A stretch of DNA of 32,000 bases from Vibrio vulnificus CMCP6 (GCF_000039765.1 NC_004460.2:1080001-1112000), one strand, 5' to 3'. Counted from the first letter of the stretch, positions 9,452 through 18,247 are shown. Program-made: numbers and translations. Notes: generated by a model not told the origin, from the letters alone.

Positions 9452-9829
9452 ATGACTGATTTTCAATACTACTTTCATCAACTTCCTTGTTTTGACTGCA
9501 AAAAGACCACAGTAAGCACGGATCTGGGTTGGTTAACGGCGGCGATGAAAGAAGATGTTCTTGCTCAAGTGGCTGAAATCATCGCGCAAGAAAACGTTGA
9601 AGCGGATTTTTCTGTGAACGTAACGTGCACAAAAGAAGAAGCGCGTGACTACTTATTGCTGAACTTCTACGGCTATTCAGACGAAGAACTGGCAGACCAA
9701 GTGGAAGCAGAAGACGAGCAAGAAGTCGCGGATGAAATCGCTGAGCTACTCGCCGATGGCAAAGAAGTCGTGGTTTTCGAACATGAAATCGCACTGCAAA
9801 GCTGCACCGATTGCGAAGTTGAGGAATAA
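9452..9829 (+). CDS. Hypothetical acidic protein with two CxxC motifs
   Basis: 125 aa, CFDC near N-terminus and CTDC near C-terminus, very acidic middle (ADQVEAEDEQEVADEIAELLADGKE), followed by a strong intrinsic terminator. Confidence 0.8.
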   Translation: MTDFQYYFHQLPCFDCKKTTVSTDLGWLTAAMKEDVLAQVAEIIAQENVEADFSVNVTCTKEEARDYLLLNFYGYSDEELADQVEAEDEQEVADEIAELLADGKEVVVFEHEIALQSCTDCEVEE

Positions 9830-9863
9830 CTCAACACGCCTCATCGTGCTCAAGCTTGATTGA

Positions 9864-9898
9864 AAGCGTTAGCCCCCTTGCGTGGCTAACGCTTTTTT
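9864..9898 (+). terminator. Intrinsic terminator
   Basis: Perfect 11-bp stem AAGCGTTAGCC/GGCTAACGCTT followed by a T-run, just after the stop at 9829. Confidence 0.9.
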
Positions 9899-9944
9899 GT
9901 CATCAAACGTTGGCCGCTTTGCATCAGAAATTCCAATCAAACAT

Positions 9945-9963
9945 TTAAATGAGAATCAATTGT
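9945..9963 (+). promoter_or_regulatory. Candidate Fur box upstream of the FhuF-like reductase
   Basis: TTAAATGAGAATCAATTGT contains the AATGAGAATCAATT core (consensus GATAATGATAATCATTATC). Confidence 0.7.
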
Positions 9964-10021
9964 AATAACAACGCAGTTTCTTTATTCTTGCCTCACCCTT
10001 TCACGGCATAAGCACAACAAC

Positions 10022-10756
10022 ATGAGTGGCCATTCGTTTTTTGAGCATCTGTTCGAGCACTCACAACACGTCACCCCATATCTGCATGGCGCGCTCAAAC
10101 CGCGACCAGAAAGGTGCGCCGAGCATGGGTTTATCCATATCGAACACGCAAGTTCCGACCATATCCGCGCGCTGTATGAAAGCCTCAAATTAGCGCATCC
10201 CGAAGCTGGGTCGGCCTATTGGCTAACGCGCACTTGGACGCTGCTCTGCTGGCAACCGCTGTATGTGGCGTTTATTGCCATCTACTCTTGCCAAGGTTTG
10301 CCAAAGCTTTCATCCATGGGCCAACACGTTCAGCCAAGGTTCGTCAGTGGCTATCAATTTGACGACGATGAATATCGCCAAGGCAGCGAGCAAGAATTGA
10401 TTGCCCATGCAGGTAAAGAACTCTGCGCGCTCTTCGACTACTTCCGCCAAGAGATGAGTCTCTGGACCCGCATCCGCCCCGGTTTTACCCAACACTTGTT
10501 TGCGGATGGTGTATTCGGCTGTTTGGTGAAACTCAGTCAGTTTTATCCCACCTTGTCGGGTGACTATTTCCTAGAACAAGCACGGTTGTGGCTTGCAGCC
10601 TGCCAGTTGCCTGAAAAACTCATCCACTCTCTTCGCTACGATGAAACATCTCGACAACTTAGCTTGGTGCGCACCAGTTGCTGTTTAGTCTACAAATGCC
10701 AAGGGCGAGAATTGTGTCGCGACTGCCCAAGGCATCCAGACAACAAACGCGAATAA
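10022..10756 (+). CDS. FhuF-like ferric-siderophore reductase ([2Fe-2S] C-terminal domain)
   Basis: 244 aa with C-terminal SCCLVYKCQGRELCRDCPRHP, resembling the FhuF CC...C-x2-C cluster signature; next to an iron-siderophore importer and preceded by a Fur-box-like site. Confidence 0.75.
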   Translation: MSGHSFFEHLFEHSQHVTPYLHGALKPRPERCAEHGFIHIEHASSDHIRALYESLKLAHPEAGSAYWLTRTWTLLCWQPLYVAFIAIYSCQGLPKLSSMGQHVQPRFVSGYQFDDDEYRQGSEQELIAHAGKELCALFDYFRQEMSLWTRIRPGFTQHLFADGVFGCLVKLSQFYPTLSGDYFLEQARLWLAACQLPEKLIHSLRYDETSRQLSLVRTSCCLVYKCQGRELCRDCPRHPDNKRE

Positions 10757-10819
10757 CGCCAAGCGCGATCATCCACATCAGCGGTGCGCCACACACCCAA
10801 CGATAGAGAGATTGATTAT

Positions 10820-10838
10820 GAAAACAATTCTCATTGCA
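10820..10838 (+). promoter_or_regulatory. Candidate Fur box upstream of the fhuC-like operon
   Basis: GAAAACAATTCTCATTGCA; reverse complement TGCAATGAGAATTGTTTTC matches 12/19 positions of the Fur consensus. Confidence 0.6.
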
Positions 10839-10896
10839 ATTTCAACATGCTAAAGTGAACGGCTCGTAGCCAATAACTCAACTTCCTATTTCGCTT

Positions 10897-11664
10897 ATGT
10901 ATCAACTTGTCGATGCGTCGTTCGAAATCGACGATAAGGTGATCCTCTCTCCGACCAACCTCACGTTTGCATCGGGGAAAGTCACTACACTGCTTGGTCA
11001 CAATGGGTGTGGTAAATCGACCTTAGTTAAATTGCTGAGTCGACAAAACGCGCCAACGCAGGGGCAAGTTCTGTTTAACCAACAGCCGATCGCTTCGTTC
11101 AACAGCTTAGAGTTTGCCCATCAAGTGGCCTACCTTCCCCAACATCCCCCCATCACAGACGGAGTGACGGTTCGTGAGCTGGTCTACTTTGGGCGCTATC
11201 CGTGGAAAGGGGCCTTTGGTCGTTATGGCAAAGAGGACTATGCGATTGTCGATGAAGCCATTGAAAAAGTGGGTTTAACGGCGTTCGCTCAACGCTTCGT
11301 TGCCACCTTGTCCGGCGGGGAAAGGCAACGCGCTTGGGTCGCGATGCTGCTCGCGCAGCAAAGTCAGTGCATTTTGCTCGACGAACCGACTTCCGCCTTG
11401 GATGTGGCGCATCAACATGAACTGCTGGCGTTGATCCGCGAGCTCAACCAAACCATGGGCTTAACGGTGATCATGGTGCTACACGACGTCAATATGGCGG
11501 CCAAGTTTAGCGATCACCTCATTGCCCTCCACTCTGGAAAGGTGATTGCAGAAGGCAATCCTCAAGCGCTAATGACGCCAGAAACATTGATGAAAATCTA
11601 TGGTATGGAGCTCGCGTTATTCGCTCACCCCAAAACGGGAAAACCGATCAGTTACATCCCTTAA
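10897..11664 (+). CDS. fhuC: Ferric-hydroxamate siderophore ABC transporter ATP-binding protein
   Basis: Walker A LLGHNGCGKST, LSGGERQRAWVAMLL, ILLDEPTSALD; FecE/FhuC family; first gene of a C-D-B type operon (called vatC in the described V. vulnificus aerobactin locus). Confidence 0.88.
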   Translation: MYQLVDASFEIDDKVILSPTNLTFASGKVTTLLGHNGCGKSTLVKLLSRQNAPTQGQVLFNQQPIASFNSLEFAHQVAYLPQHPPITDGVTVRELVYFGRYPWKGAFGRYGKEDYAIVDEAIEKVGLTAFAQRFVATLSGGERQRAWVAMLLAQQSQCILLDEPTSALDVAHQHELLALIRELNQTMGLTVIMVLHDVNMAAKFSDHLIALHSGKVIAEGNPQALMTPETLMKIYGMELALFAHPKTGKPISYIP

Positions 11665-11681
11665 ATCAGAAGGAATCTGTT

Positions 11682-12578
11682 GTGAAAAAAATCATCCTGA
11701 TGCTCTCTGCGGCCTTGGCATTCAACAGCTATGCTCTCGACATCACCCACGAAATGGGTACCACATCTTTTGAAACCACACCAAAGAAAGTGGTGGCACT
11801 CGATTGGGTGCTCACCGAAACCGTACTCAGCCTAGGCATTGAACTTGAAGGCGTGGCAAACATAAGCGGCTACCAACAATGGGTGGCCGAACCCCATCTA
11901 AACGCCGATGCGATTGATGTCGGTTCACGCCGTGAGCCGAACTTAGAGCTACTGAGCAACATCAAGCCCGATGTCATCTTGATCAGCAAACATCTTGCGG
12001 CGGCTTATGAGCCACTCAGTAAGATTGCGCCGGTTCTGGTTTACAGCGTCTACAGTGAAGACAAGCAGCCGTTGGAATCGGCCAAACGCATTACTCGCTC
12101 ACTCGGTAAGCTGTTCGATAAAGAGCAGCAGGCGGAGCAAGTGATTGCACAAACTGACCAGCGCCTTACGGCCAACGGGGCAAAAATCACCTCAGCCGGA
12201 AAAGCCGACAAGCCCCTGCTGTTTGCTCGTTTTATTAACGACAAAACCCTACGTATTCACAGTGAAGGCTCTTTGGCTCAAGACACCATCAATGCGATGG
12301 GGCTCAAAAACGATTGGCAGGAACCCACCAATCTTTGGGGTTTCACCACCACCGGAACGGAAAAACTGGCGGAACATCAAAAAGCAAATGTGATGATTTT
12401 TGGCCCTTTGAGCCAAGAAGAACGCCAGCAACTGACGCAGTCTCCGCTTTGGCAAGCCATGGAATTTAGCCGCACCGATTCTGTTTACGAACTTCCAGCC
12501 ATTTGGACGTTTGGTGGATTACTGGCCGCGCAACGCTTGAGTGACCACATTACTGGACGACTCACCCAGCCACAATGA
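11682..12578 (+). CDS. fhuD: Iron-siderophore ABC transporter periplasmic binding protein
   Basis: Signal peptide MKKIILMLSAALAFNSYA; PKKVVALDWVLTETVLSLGIELEGVANISGYQQWVAEP; FhuD-like; stop overlaps the fhuB start. Confidence 0.88.
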   Translation: MKKIILMLSAALAFNSYALDITHEMGTTSFETTPKKVVALDWVLTETVLSLGIELEGVANISGYQQWVAEPHLNADAIDVGSRREPNLELLSNIKPDVILISKHLAAAYEPLSKIAPVLVYSVYSEDKQPLESAKRITRSLGKLFDKEQQAEQVIAQTDQRLTANGAKITSAGKADKPLLFARFINDKTLRIHSEGSLAQDTINAMGLKNDWQEPTNLWGFTTTGTEKLAEHQKANVMIFGPLSQEERQQLTQSPLWQAMEFSRTDSVYELPAIWTFGGLLAAQRLSDHITGRLTQPQ

Positions 12579-14572
12579 ACACCTTAGACATCACAGACCC
12601 AGTCAAGGGGCGATTTCCTTTTAAAACCGCAGCGTTACTGAGCGCGGCGGTTTTACTTATTGGCTTACTGCTGCAAATCACCGCGCCCTATTCCCAAGGT
12701 ATTGGCCTGATTTGGAATACCCTTTTCCATTTTGATGCGTCTAATTATCAGCATCTCATTACGCATTTAACCTATTTGCCGAGGCTGAGCGTTGCCATCA
12801 TTTGTGGGTTTGCTTTAGCGGTGGCTGGGTGTGTGATGCAGTTTGTGTTACGTAACCCGATTGCTTCACCAACCACATTGGGCGTCGCGGCGGGCGCCGA
12901 GCTGGGGATGGTACTAGGGATTTTATTGCTCCCGGCGAGCTTGGCGGTACCTGGGTTTGTTCCCGCGTTTATCGGCGGTTGCCTAGCCACTGGGCTGGTG
13001 TTTGTCTTGAGCGCCGCCAGAGGTTTTTCGCCCTTACATATGGTGCTCGCGGGCATGGTGGTGAGTCTGTTTTTGGGCTCACTCAACACCATGCTCTTGA
13101 TGCTCAATGAGCAGCGCCTGACCAGCATTTTTGTGTGGGGTGCCGGTGTGCTCAACCAAAACGACTGGTCGAGCACGCAAATGCTGTTGCCTTTGGTTCT
13201 GATCCCGACGATGTTGCTTTTGCTGCTGCAACGGCCATTGTCTGCGCTGCAGTTTGGTGACCATGTCGCCACTTCGTTAGGCGTTAACATCAAGCAAATT
13301 AAACTGTTGTGCTTATCGTTCGCCATCTTCATTACGGCCGCGGTGGTCAGCGAAGTCGGTTTGATCGGTTTTGTTGGCATCGTTGCGCCCGCTATGGCGA
13401 GAATGCTTGGCGCTCGAACGCTGGCGAAGCAAATTCTTACCAGCGGCGTGATTGGCAGCGCCATTCTGCTTATCGTCGATTTGCTGATCCAACCTTTCTC
13501 TGGTGTGGGAGGGGAACTGCTGCCCACCGGCGCCATGACGGCCTTAATCGGCGCACCATTTTTGTTGTGGCTGCTGCAACGAAGCAAACTCCAATCCGAT
13601 CTTAAGGCGCGCTCTGAACACGTCGAACACTATAAGCGGGTTAACACTCGCTACGTGCTAACCGCGCTGACATTGGTGCTTTTCATCGTTTCTCTGTTCG
13701 CACTCTTGTTGGGTAAAAACCAATTTGGCTGGAGCTTTGGCCTAACTCAATCGCTCTTTGAGCTGCGTGCGCCACGCCTGCTGGTTGCGCTGATCGCGGG
13801 AATAGGGCTAGCCTTTGCTGGCACCATTATCCAGCGCATCTCTGGCAACCCAATGGCCAGCCCAGAAGTATTGGGGATCAGCTCTGGCGCGGCGCTCGCC
13901 CTTGTGCTCGGAACGCTGTTTGGGGTTGCCGTGGGTAGAGAGCAGCAAATGTTGTTGGGTACGCTGGGGGCGGTCTCGGTCGCGGTGGTGGTGTGGTTCA
14001 TGGGCAGAAAGCATCACTTCGCCCCGACACAAACCTTGTTGACCGGCATTGCCTTGAGCGCAGGTTTGGATGCCCTACTCAGAATCGCCATGAGCTCAGG
14101 ACACGACAATGCCTCCGCTCTGCTCACTTGGTTATCGGGTTCCACCTACTTAGTGGCCAGCAATGACGTTGTGTTGCTCGCCATCGGTGTGGTTTTGGTG
14201 GGTGGCATCGCCTTGTCACTAAGCCGTTGGCTAGCGTTAATCGGCCTAGGCGAAATCACCGCCAACAGCATCGGCATGAACGCTACGCTGGTCAGGTTGG
14301 TACTGTTACTGCTAGTGGCCGCACTCACCACGCTGTGCACCATTGTAATTGGCCCACTGAGCTTTGTTGGCCTATTGGCTCCGCATATGGCGCGCTCACT
14401 GCATCAATACCAAGCAAGACCACAGATGCTCACCGCTGCGCTATTGGGGGCGACCATTATGGTCTCGGCGGACTGGATTGGGCGAACCCTTTGGTTCCCT
14501 TGGCAATTCCCCGCAGGTCTCTTGGCCTCTTTGATTGGGGGTGGCTACTTTCTTTATCTGATGAGGCGTTAG
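12575..14572 (+). CDS. fhuB: Fe3+-hydroxamate ABC transporter permease, fused double-length BtuC/FecCD protein
   Basis: 665 aa with two FecCD halves (GCVMQFVLRNPIASPTTLGVAAGAELG and GTIIQRISGNPMASPEVLGISSGAALA), characteristic of FhuB. Confidence 0.93.
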   Translation: MNTLDITDPVKGRFPFKTAALLSAAVLLIGLLLQITAPYSQGIGLIWNTLFHFDASNYQHLITHLTYLPRLSVAIICGFALAVAGCVMQFVLRNPIASPTTLGVAAGAELGMVLGILLLPASLAVPGFVPAFIGGCLATGLVFVLSAARGFSPLHMVLAGMVVSLFLGSLNTMLLMLNEQRLTSIFVWGAGVLNQNDWSSTQMLLPLVLIPTMLLLLLQRPLSALQFGDHVATSLGVNIKQIKLLCLSFAIFITAAVVSEVGLIGFVGIVAPAMARMLGARTLAKQILTSGVIGSAILLIVDLLIQPFSGVGGELLPTGAMTALIGAPFLLWLLQRSKLQSDLKARSEHVEHYKRVNTRYVLTALTLVLFIVSLFALLLGKNQFGWSFGLTQSLFELRAPRLLVALIAGIGLAFAGTIIQRISGNPMASPEVLGISSGAALALVLGTLFGVAVGREQQMLLGTLGAVSVAVVVWFMGRKHHFAPTQTLLTGIALSAGLDALLRIAMSSGHDNASALLTWLSGSTYLVASNDVVLLAIGVVLVGGIALSLSRWLALIGLGEITANSIGMNATLVRLVLLLLVAALTTLCTIVIGPLSFVGLLAPHMARSLHQYQARPQMLTAALLGATIMVSADWIGRTLWFPWQFPAGLLASLIGGGYFLYLMRR

Positions 14573-14602
14573 TCTTCCTCATAGTTAAAAGAAAATCTCT
14601 TG

Positions 14603-14653
14603 CCGCAGAAGGCTTAACGTTGGCCTTCTGTGGTCACTGTGGCGTGACTTTTT
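14603..14653 (+). terminator. Tandem stem-loops after the fhuB-like gene, possible terminator/attenuator
   Basis: CCGCAGAAGGC/GCCTTCTGTGG (11 bp with one G-U) immediately followed by GTCAC-N6-GTGAC-TTTTT. Confidence 0.5.
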
Positions 14654-14734
14654 CGATTGTATTTTGGGAACTAAAAAGCAATAAATGGCAATAAGATAAA
14701 TTTGTGTTTACCATGTGGGGAAAACACTAAGCCT

Positions 14735-15700
14735 ATGTCACTCATGGAAAAAGCCCCCATCACCAAACTTCAGCAAGATTTGTTCAATCAAGTGGTCAGC
14801 AAACTCAAAGCCGACGATGCGAAAATCGGCGCCAGCCTGAATGAATCGTCATTGGCTAATCAGTTCCAAGTATCGAGAACTCCGATGCGCGCCGTGCTCA
14901 GCTACATGTCTGCCTTAGGCATCGCTAAAGCTGTGCCTAATAAGGGATTCACGTTACAGATCGATGCTCATGCCATTCAAACTAACGAGAATGCCGACAA
15001 TAAAACATCTCGTCAGGAGAAACTGTATCTTAGGTTGCTGATGGATCTCTTCTTTGGGGAGATCGCCGCGGCGTTTTCAGAAAAGGAGCTTCAAGAGCGC
15101 TACAACGCCAATCGAGGCGAGATACAAAGCGTGCTCCGTTTGCTCGAAAATGATGGTATCTTGCGCCGAAGCCCCGGCTATAAGTGGCACCTCGACGGTG
15201 TTCTCAATACGCTGGAAAGGCACACCGAAAGCTACCGATGTCGGCTGATTTTCGAACCAGCAGGCTTGCTCGAACCAAGTTGGTTAGCCGATCTCAATGC
15301 ATTAGAGCAGTGTCGTGATCGTCATCTGCAAGCGATTCAAAAACCAGACACCGTCAGCGCCAGCGATTTGTTCAGCCTAAGTGCGGACTTTCATGAGCTG
15401 CTCGCCGCCTGCTCAGGCAACCGTTTTTTACTGAGCAACATGCAGCAGCATAATCGCATGCGCAAAGCGACCGACCTGGTCTCAATGCACATCCAAACGT
15501 CAGTCATTAAATCTTGCCAACGTCGGCTTGAGATCCTCGAGCTGCTGCTTGAGGGCAAAAACAAAGAGGCGGCAAAAAAACTCACTCAGCTGCTAGAAAA
15601 TGATATTCGTGTCATGCAGCGCACCTACAGCAATGTTATCCATCTCTCTCTGTCGGAGCGGGAAAAGCTGGTCAACAGCATCACCCACACCGACATCTAA
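14735..15700 (+). CDS. iutR: GntR-type transcriptional regulator adjacent to iutA (IutR-like)
   Basis: LANQFQVSRTPMRAVLSYMSALGIAKAVPNKGFTL winged HTH; position between the fhuCDB-type genes and iutA matches the described V. vulnificus aerobactin utilisation cluster. ATG at 14735 preferred over 14702. Confidence 0.72.
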   Translation: MSLMEKAPITKLQQDLFNQVVSKLKADDAKIGASLNESSLANQFQVSRTPMRAVLSYMSALGIAKAVPNKGFTLQIDAHAIQTNENADNKTSRQEKLYLRLLMDLFFGEIAAAFSEKELQERYNANRGEIQSVLRLLENDGILRRSPGYKWHLDGVLNTLERHTESYRCRLIFEPAGLLEPSWLADLNALEQCRDRHLQAIQKPDTVSASDLFSLSADFHELLAACSGNRFLLSNMQQHNRMRKATDLVSMHIQTSVIKSCQRRLEILELLLEGKNKEAAKKLTQLLENDIRVMQRTYSNVIHLSLSEREKLVNSITHTDI

Positions 15701-15896
15701 CTCGCTTAGTCGTGCGCCAATTAAAACCTGCATGCCCCTTAGCTTAAGTCGCTTAGCTGAGGGGATAATTTCTCAACGCGAGGCTCCCCTTCTAGTTCCT
15801 CCCTACTCGCCCCTTGTCCCTCTCACCTAGTCCCTCGTTCTTCGTCCCTCTCTCCTCTCCCAAAAAACCATCGCCATCAGCGCTATTGAGTTAAAA

Positions 15897-15915
15897 GAAA
15901 ATAATTCGCATTTGC
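15897..15915 (+). promoter_or_regulatory. Candidate Fur box 1 upstream of iutA
   Basis: GAAAATAATTCGCATTTGC, 12/19 to Fur consensus. Confidence 0.5.
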
Positions 15916-15941
15916 ATATTGTATTTTCACAACAGAAATAC

Positions 15942-15960
15942 AATAATAACAATTCTTATT
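15942..15960 (+). promoter_or_regulatory. Candidate Fur box 2 upstream of iutA
   Basis: AATAATAACAATTCTTATT, 13/19 to Fur consensus. Confidence 0.6.
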
Positions 15961-16037
15961 TAGATTAATTACAAGCCTTCGCGCCGCTCAAACCTTGGAT
16001 TTGTGCCGCTTTATAATTGATAAACATAGAGAAAATA

Positions 16038-18194
16038 ATGACAGCAAGTAAAGGGAAGTTCCCTCTATCAACCATGGCACTTGCGATTATCGCCGCAAGT
16101 ACTGCACTGACTGCCCAAGCACAAGAAACCTCAACCAACGACAAAATGGTGGTGGTTTCAAGCCGCACTCCAAAAGCGATCAGCGATATTCCTGGTACGG
16201 TTTGGTATATCGAGTCCGACAAAATTGAACAAGAATACCGCGGTGGTAAGACTCTTGGCGATATTCTGGCATCGGCAATTCCGTCTCTGGACGTCAGCAG
16301 TGGCGCTCGCACCAACCTAGGCCAAAACCTACGTGGGCGTAAGATGTTGGTAATGATTGACGGCGTTTCTCTGCAATCTTCACGCTCCATCAGCCGTCAT
16401 CTTGATTCCATCGATCCATTCAACGTTGATCGTATCGAAGTGTTGTCGGGTTCCACTTCCATCTATGGCGCAGGCGCCTCGGGTGGTGTCATCAACATCA
16501 TCACCAAAAAAGCGCACAGCGAAGAGCTTGAGTTTGAATCGTATGTGGGCGGGACTTCTGGCTTTAACTCCGGCGAAGATTTTGACTACAAAGTGGCTCA
16601 GTCTATTTCTGGCGGCAATGAAAAGGTTCAAGCACGCACCTCTGTGGTTTACACCGAAACACAAGGTTTCTTTGATGCTAACGGCACCATTGTGACACCG
16701 GATATCTCACAAGGCTCACTGCAGTTTAACCAAACCGTCGATTTCTTAACCACGGTTGGCGTTGACGTGTCAGAGACGAAAAAGCTGAACTTTCTAGCGC
16801 AATACTATGATAGCCAGCAAGATTCGCCATATGGCCTGTACATTGTCGGCAGAGACTTTGTTGATGTGCGTAAAGGCTTTGAATCTGACCGTGAGCACGG
16901 CACCAAGCGCATTATGCTAAGCGCCTCTTATGCTGATGCACAGTTTCTTGGCCAGCAGCTCATCGCAGAAGCCTCGTACCGCAAAGAAGACCAAACTTAC
17001 ACACCTTATTATCAATCTTCTGGCCAACAGATTACCGACGTGATCTCGCTAAAAGCGGCACTGGCAAAAAGCTTCGACAAGCTCAACATTGTCTATGGCA
17101 TCGATGCCTACCAAGACAAGCTCGACAGCAATCAAGCGCTTTACGATCCCACCATCGCTAACAATTCCGGCAATTTGGTGAACAAGACTTACGCCCAAGT
17201 GGGCCGTTATCCTGGCGTGGAAGTGAGTTCGGTGGCGGCTTTTGCTCAAGTCGATTACGCCATCACCGACGAATGGAGCGTTGAAGGCGGTGTTCGCTAC
17301 CAATACATGTTGAACAAGATCGATGACTTCGTGGGTTACAACCAACAGAAGAAAATCGCCGCAGGCAGTGGCACCTCAGCCGATGCGGTACCCGGCGGAG
17401 AAACAGATTACAGCGTTGCACTGTTCAATTTGGGGACGATCTACCACCTCAACCGCGACTCACAAGTTTGGGCTAACTTCTCGCAAGGTTTTGATCTAGC
17501 CGATCCAGCCAAGTACTACGGGCAGGGTAATTACACGCTTGTTGGCGATCACTGGCAACTGAACGACAGCATCAATGTCAATCAGTCAAAAATGTCAGGG
17601 ATTAAGACCAACAGCGTCGAGTTGGGCTACCGCCTAGAGAGTGGCGATGTGAATCTGCAAACTGCGGCATACTACTCGCAATCCGACAAGAACATTAAGT
17701 ACAACAAGACCACCTTGCTGATTGAAGAAATCGAAGACAAAAAACGAGTCTACGGTTTAGAAGCGATGCTCTCTTACTGGATTCATGACAACATTCAGTT
17801 GGGTGCTTCTGGTCACTATGTGGTCTCTGAAGTGAAAGTGGACAAGGGCTGGGAAGATTACGATGCGGGCTACGCTAGCACGTCGAAGGCCAACGCTTGG
17901 GCCGGTTGGAGCGATGCCAATCTCAACGTTAAACTGCAAAGCCAAACCATGTTTGACTACGAAGATGCGTCCAACAACAAGCTCAACGGCTACACCCTGT
18001 TTGATCTTGTGGGCAGCTATCAGCTTCCTGTCGGTAGCTTAGGTTTTGGCATTCAGAACCTGTTGGATAAAGACTACACCACCGCTTGGGGTCAACGCGC
18101 ACAGCTGATTTACTCAGCACACTATGAATCCGCCGCTTACGACTACAAAGGCCGTGGCCGTACATACACGCTCAATTACCAAGTGAAGTTCTAA
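16038..18194 (+). CDS. iutA: Ferric aerobactin TonB-dependent receptor IutA
   Basis: MVVVSSRTPKAISDIPGTVWYIE...GGKTLGDILASAIPSLDVSSGARTN.GQNLRGR..VMIDGVSLQSSRSISRHLDSIDPFNVDRIEVLSGSTSIYGAGASGGVINIITKK; C-terminus GSLGFGIQNLLDKDYTTAWGQRA...YDYKGRGRTYTLNYQVKF closely resembles enterobacterial IutA. ATG at 16038 preceded by GAGAA. Confidence 0.93.
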   Translation: MTASKGKFPLSTMALAIIAASTALTAQAQETSTNDKMVVVSSRTPKAISDIPGTVWYIESDKIEQEYRGGKTLGDILASAIPSLDVSSGARTNLGQNLRGRKMLVMIDGVSLQSSRSISRHLDSIDPFNVDRIEVLSGSTSIYGAGASGGVINIITKKAHSEELEFESYVGGTSGFNSGEDFDYKVAQSISGGNEKVQARTSVVYTETQGFFDANGTIVTPDISQGSLQFNQTVDFLTTVGVDVSETKKLNFLAQYYDSQQDSPYGLYIVGRDFVDVRKGFESDREHGTKRIMLSASYADAQFLGQQLIAEASYRKEDQTYTPYYQSSGQQITDVISLKAALAKSFDKLNIVYGIDAYQDKLDSNQALYDPTIANNSGNLVNKTYAQVGRYPGVEVSSVAAFAQVDYAITDEWSVEGGVRYQYMLNKIDDFVGYNQQKKIAAGSGTSADAVPGGETDYSVALFNLGTIYHLNRDSQVWANFSQGFDLADPAKYYGQGNYTLVGDHWQLNDSINVNQSKMSGIKTNSVELGYRLESGDVNLQTAAYYSQSDKNIKYNKTTLLIEEIEDKKRVYGLEAMLSYWIHDNIQLGASGHYVVSEVKVDKGWEDYDAGYASTSKANAWAGWSDANLNVKLQSQTMFDYEDASNNKLNGYTLFDLVGSYQLPVGSLGFGIQNLLDKDYTTAWGQRAQLIYSAHYESAAYDYKGRGRTYTLNYQVKF

Positions 18195-18222
18195 GATATG
18201 TAGGTTTTAGGTTTAAAGATGG

Positions 18223-18247
18223 AACCGCTCTCGATGGGCGGTTTTTT
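18223..18247 (+). terminator. Intrinsic terminator of iutA
   Basis: AACCGC(18223-18228)/GCGGTT(18238-18243) stem with T-run. Confidence 0.8.

Noticed and set aside
9247-9459. 70-aa ORF before the acidic CxxC protein
   Set aside because: No recognisable features, weak start context, sits in the intergenic/promoter region between divergent genes.
12772-13587. Long antisense ORF (271 aa) opposite fhuB
   Set aside because: Entirely inside a strong, conserved-looking FhuB coding sequence; low-complexity Ser/Pro/Thr-rich product typical of a shadow ORF.
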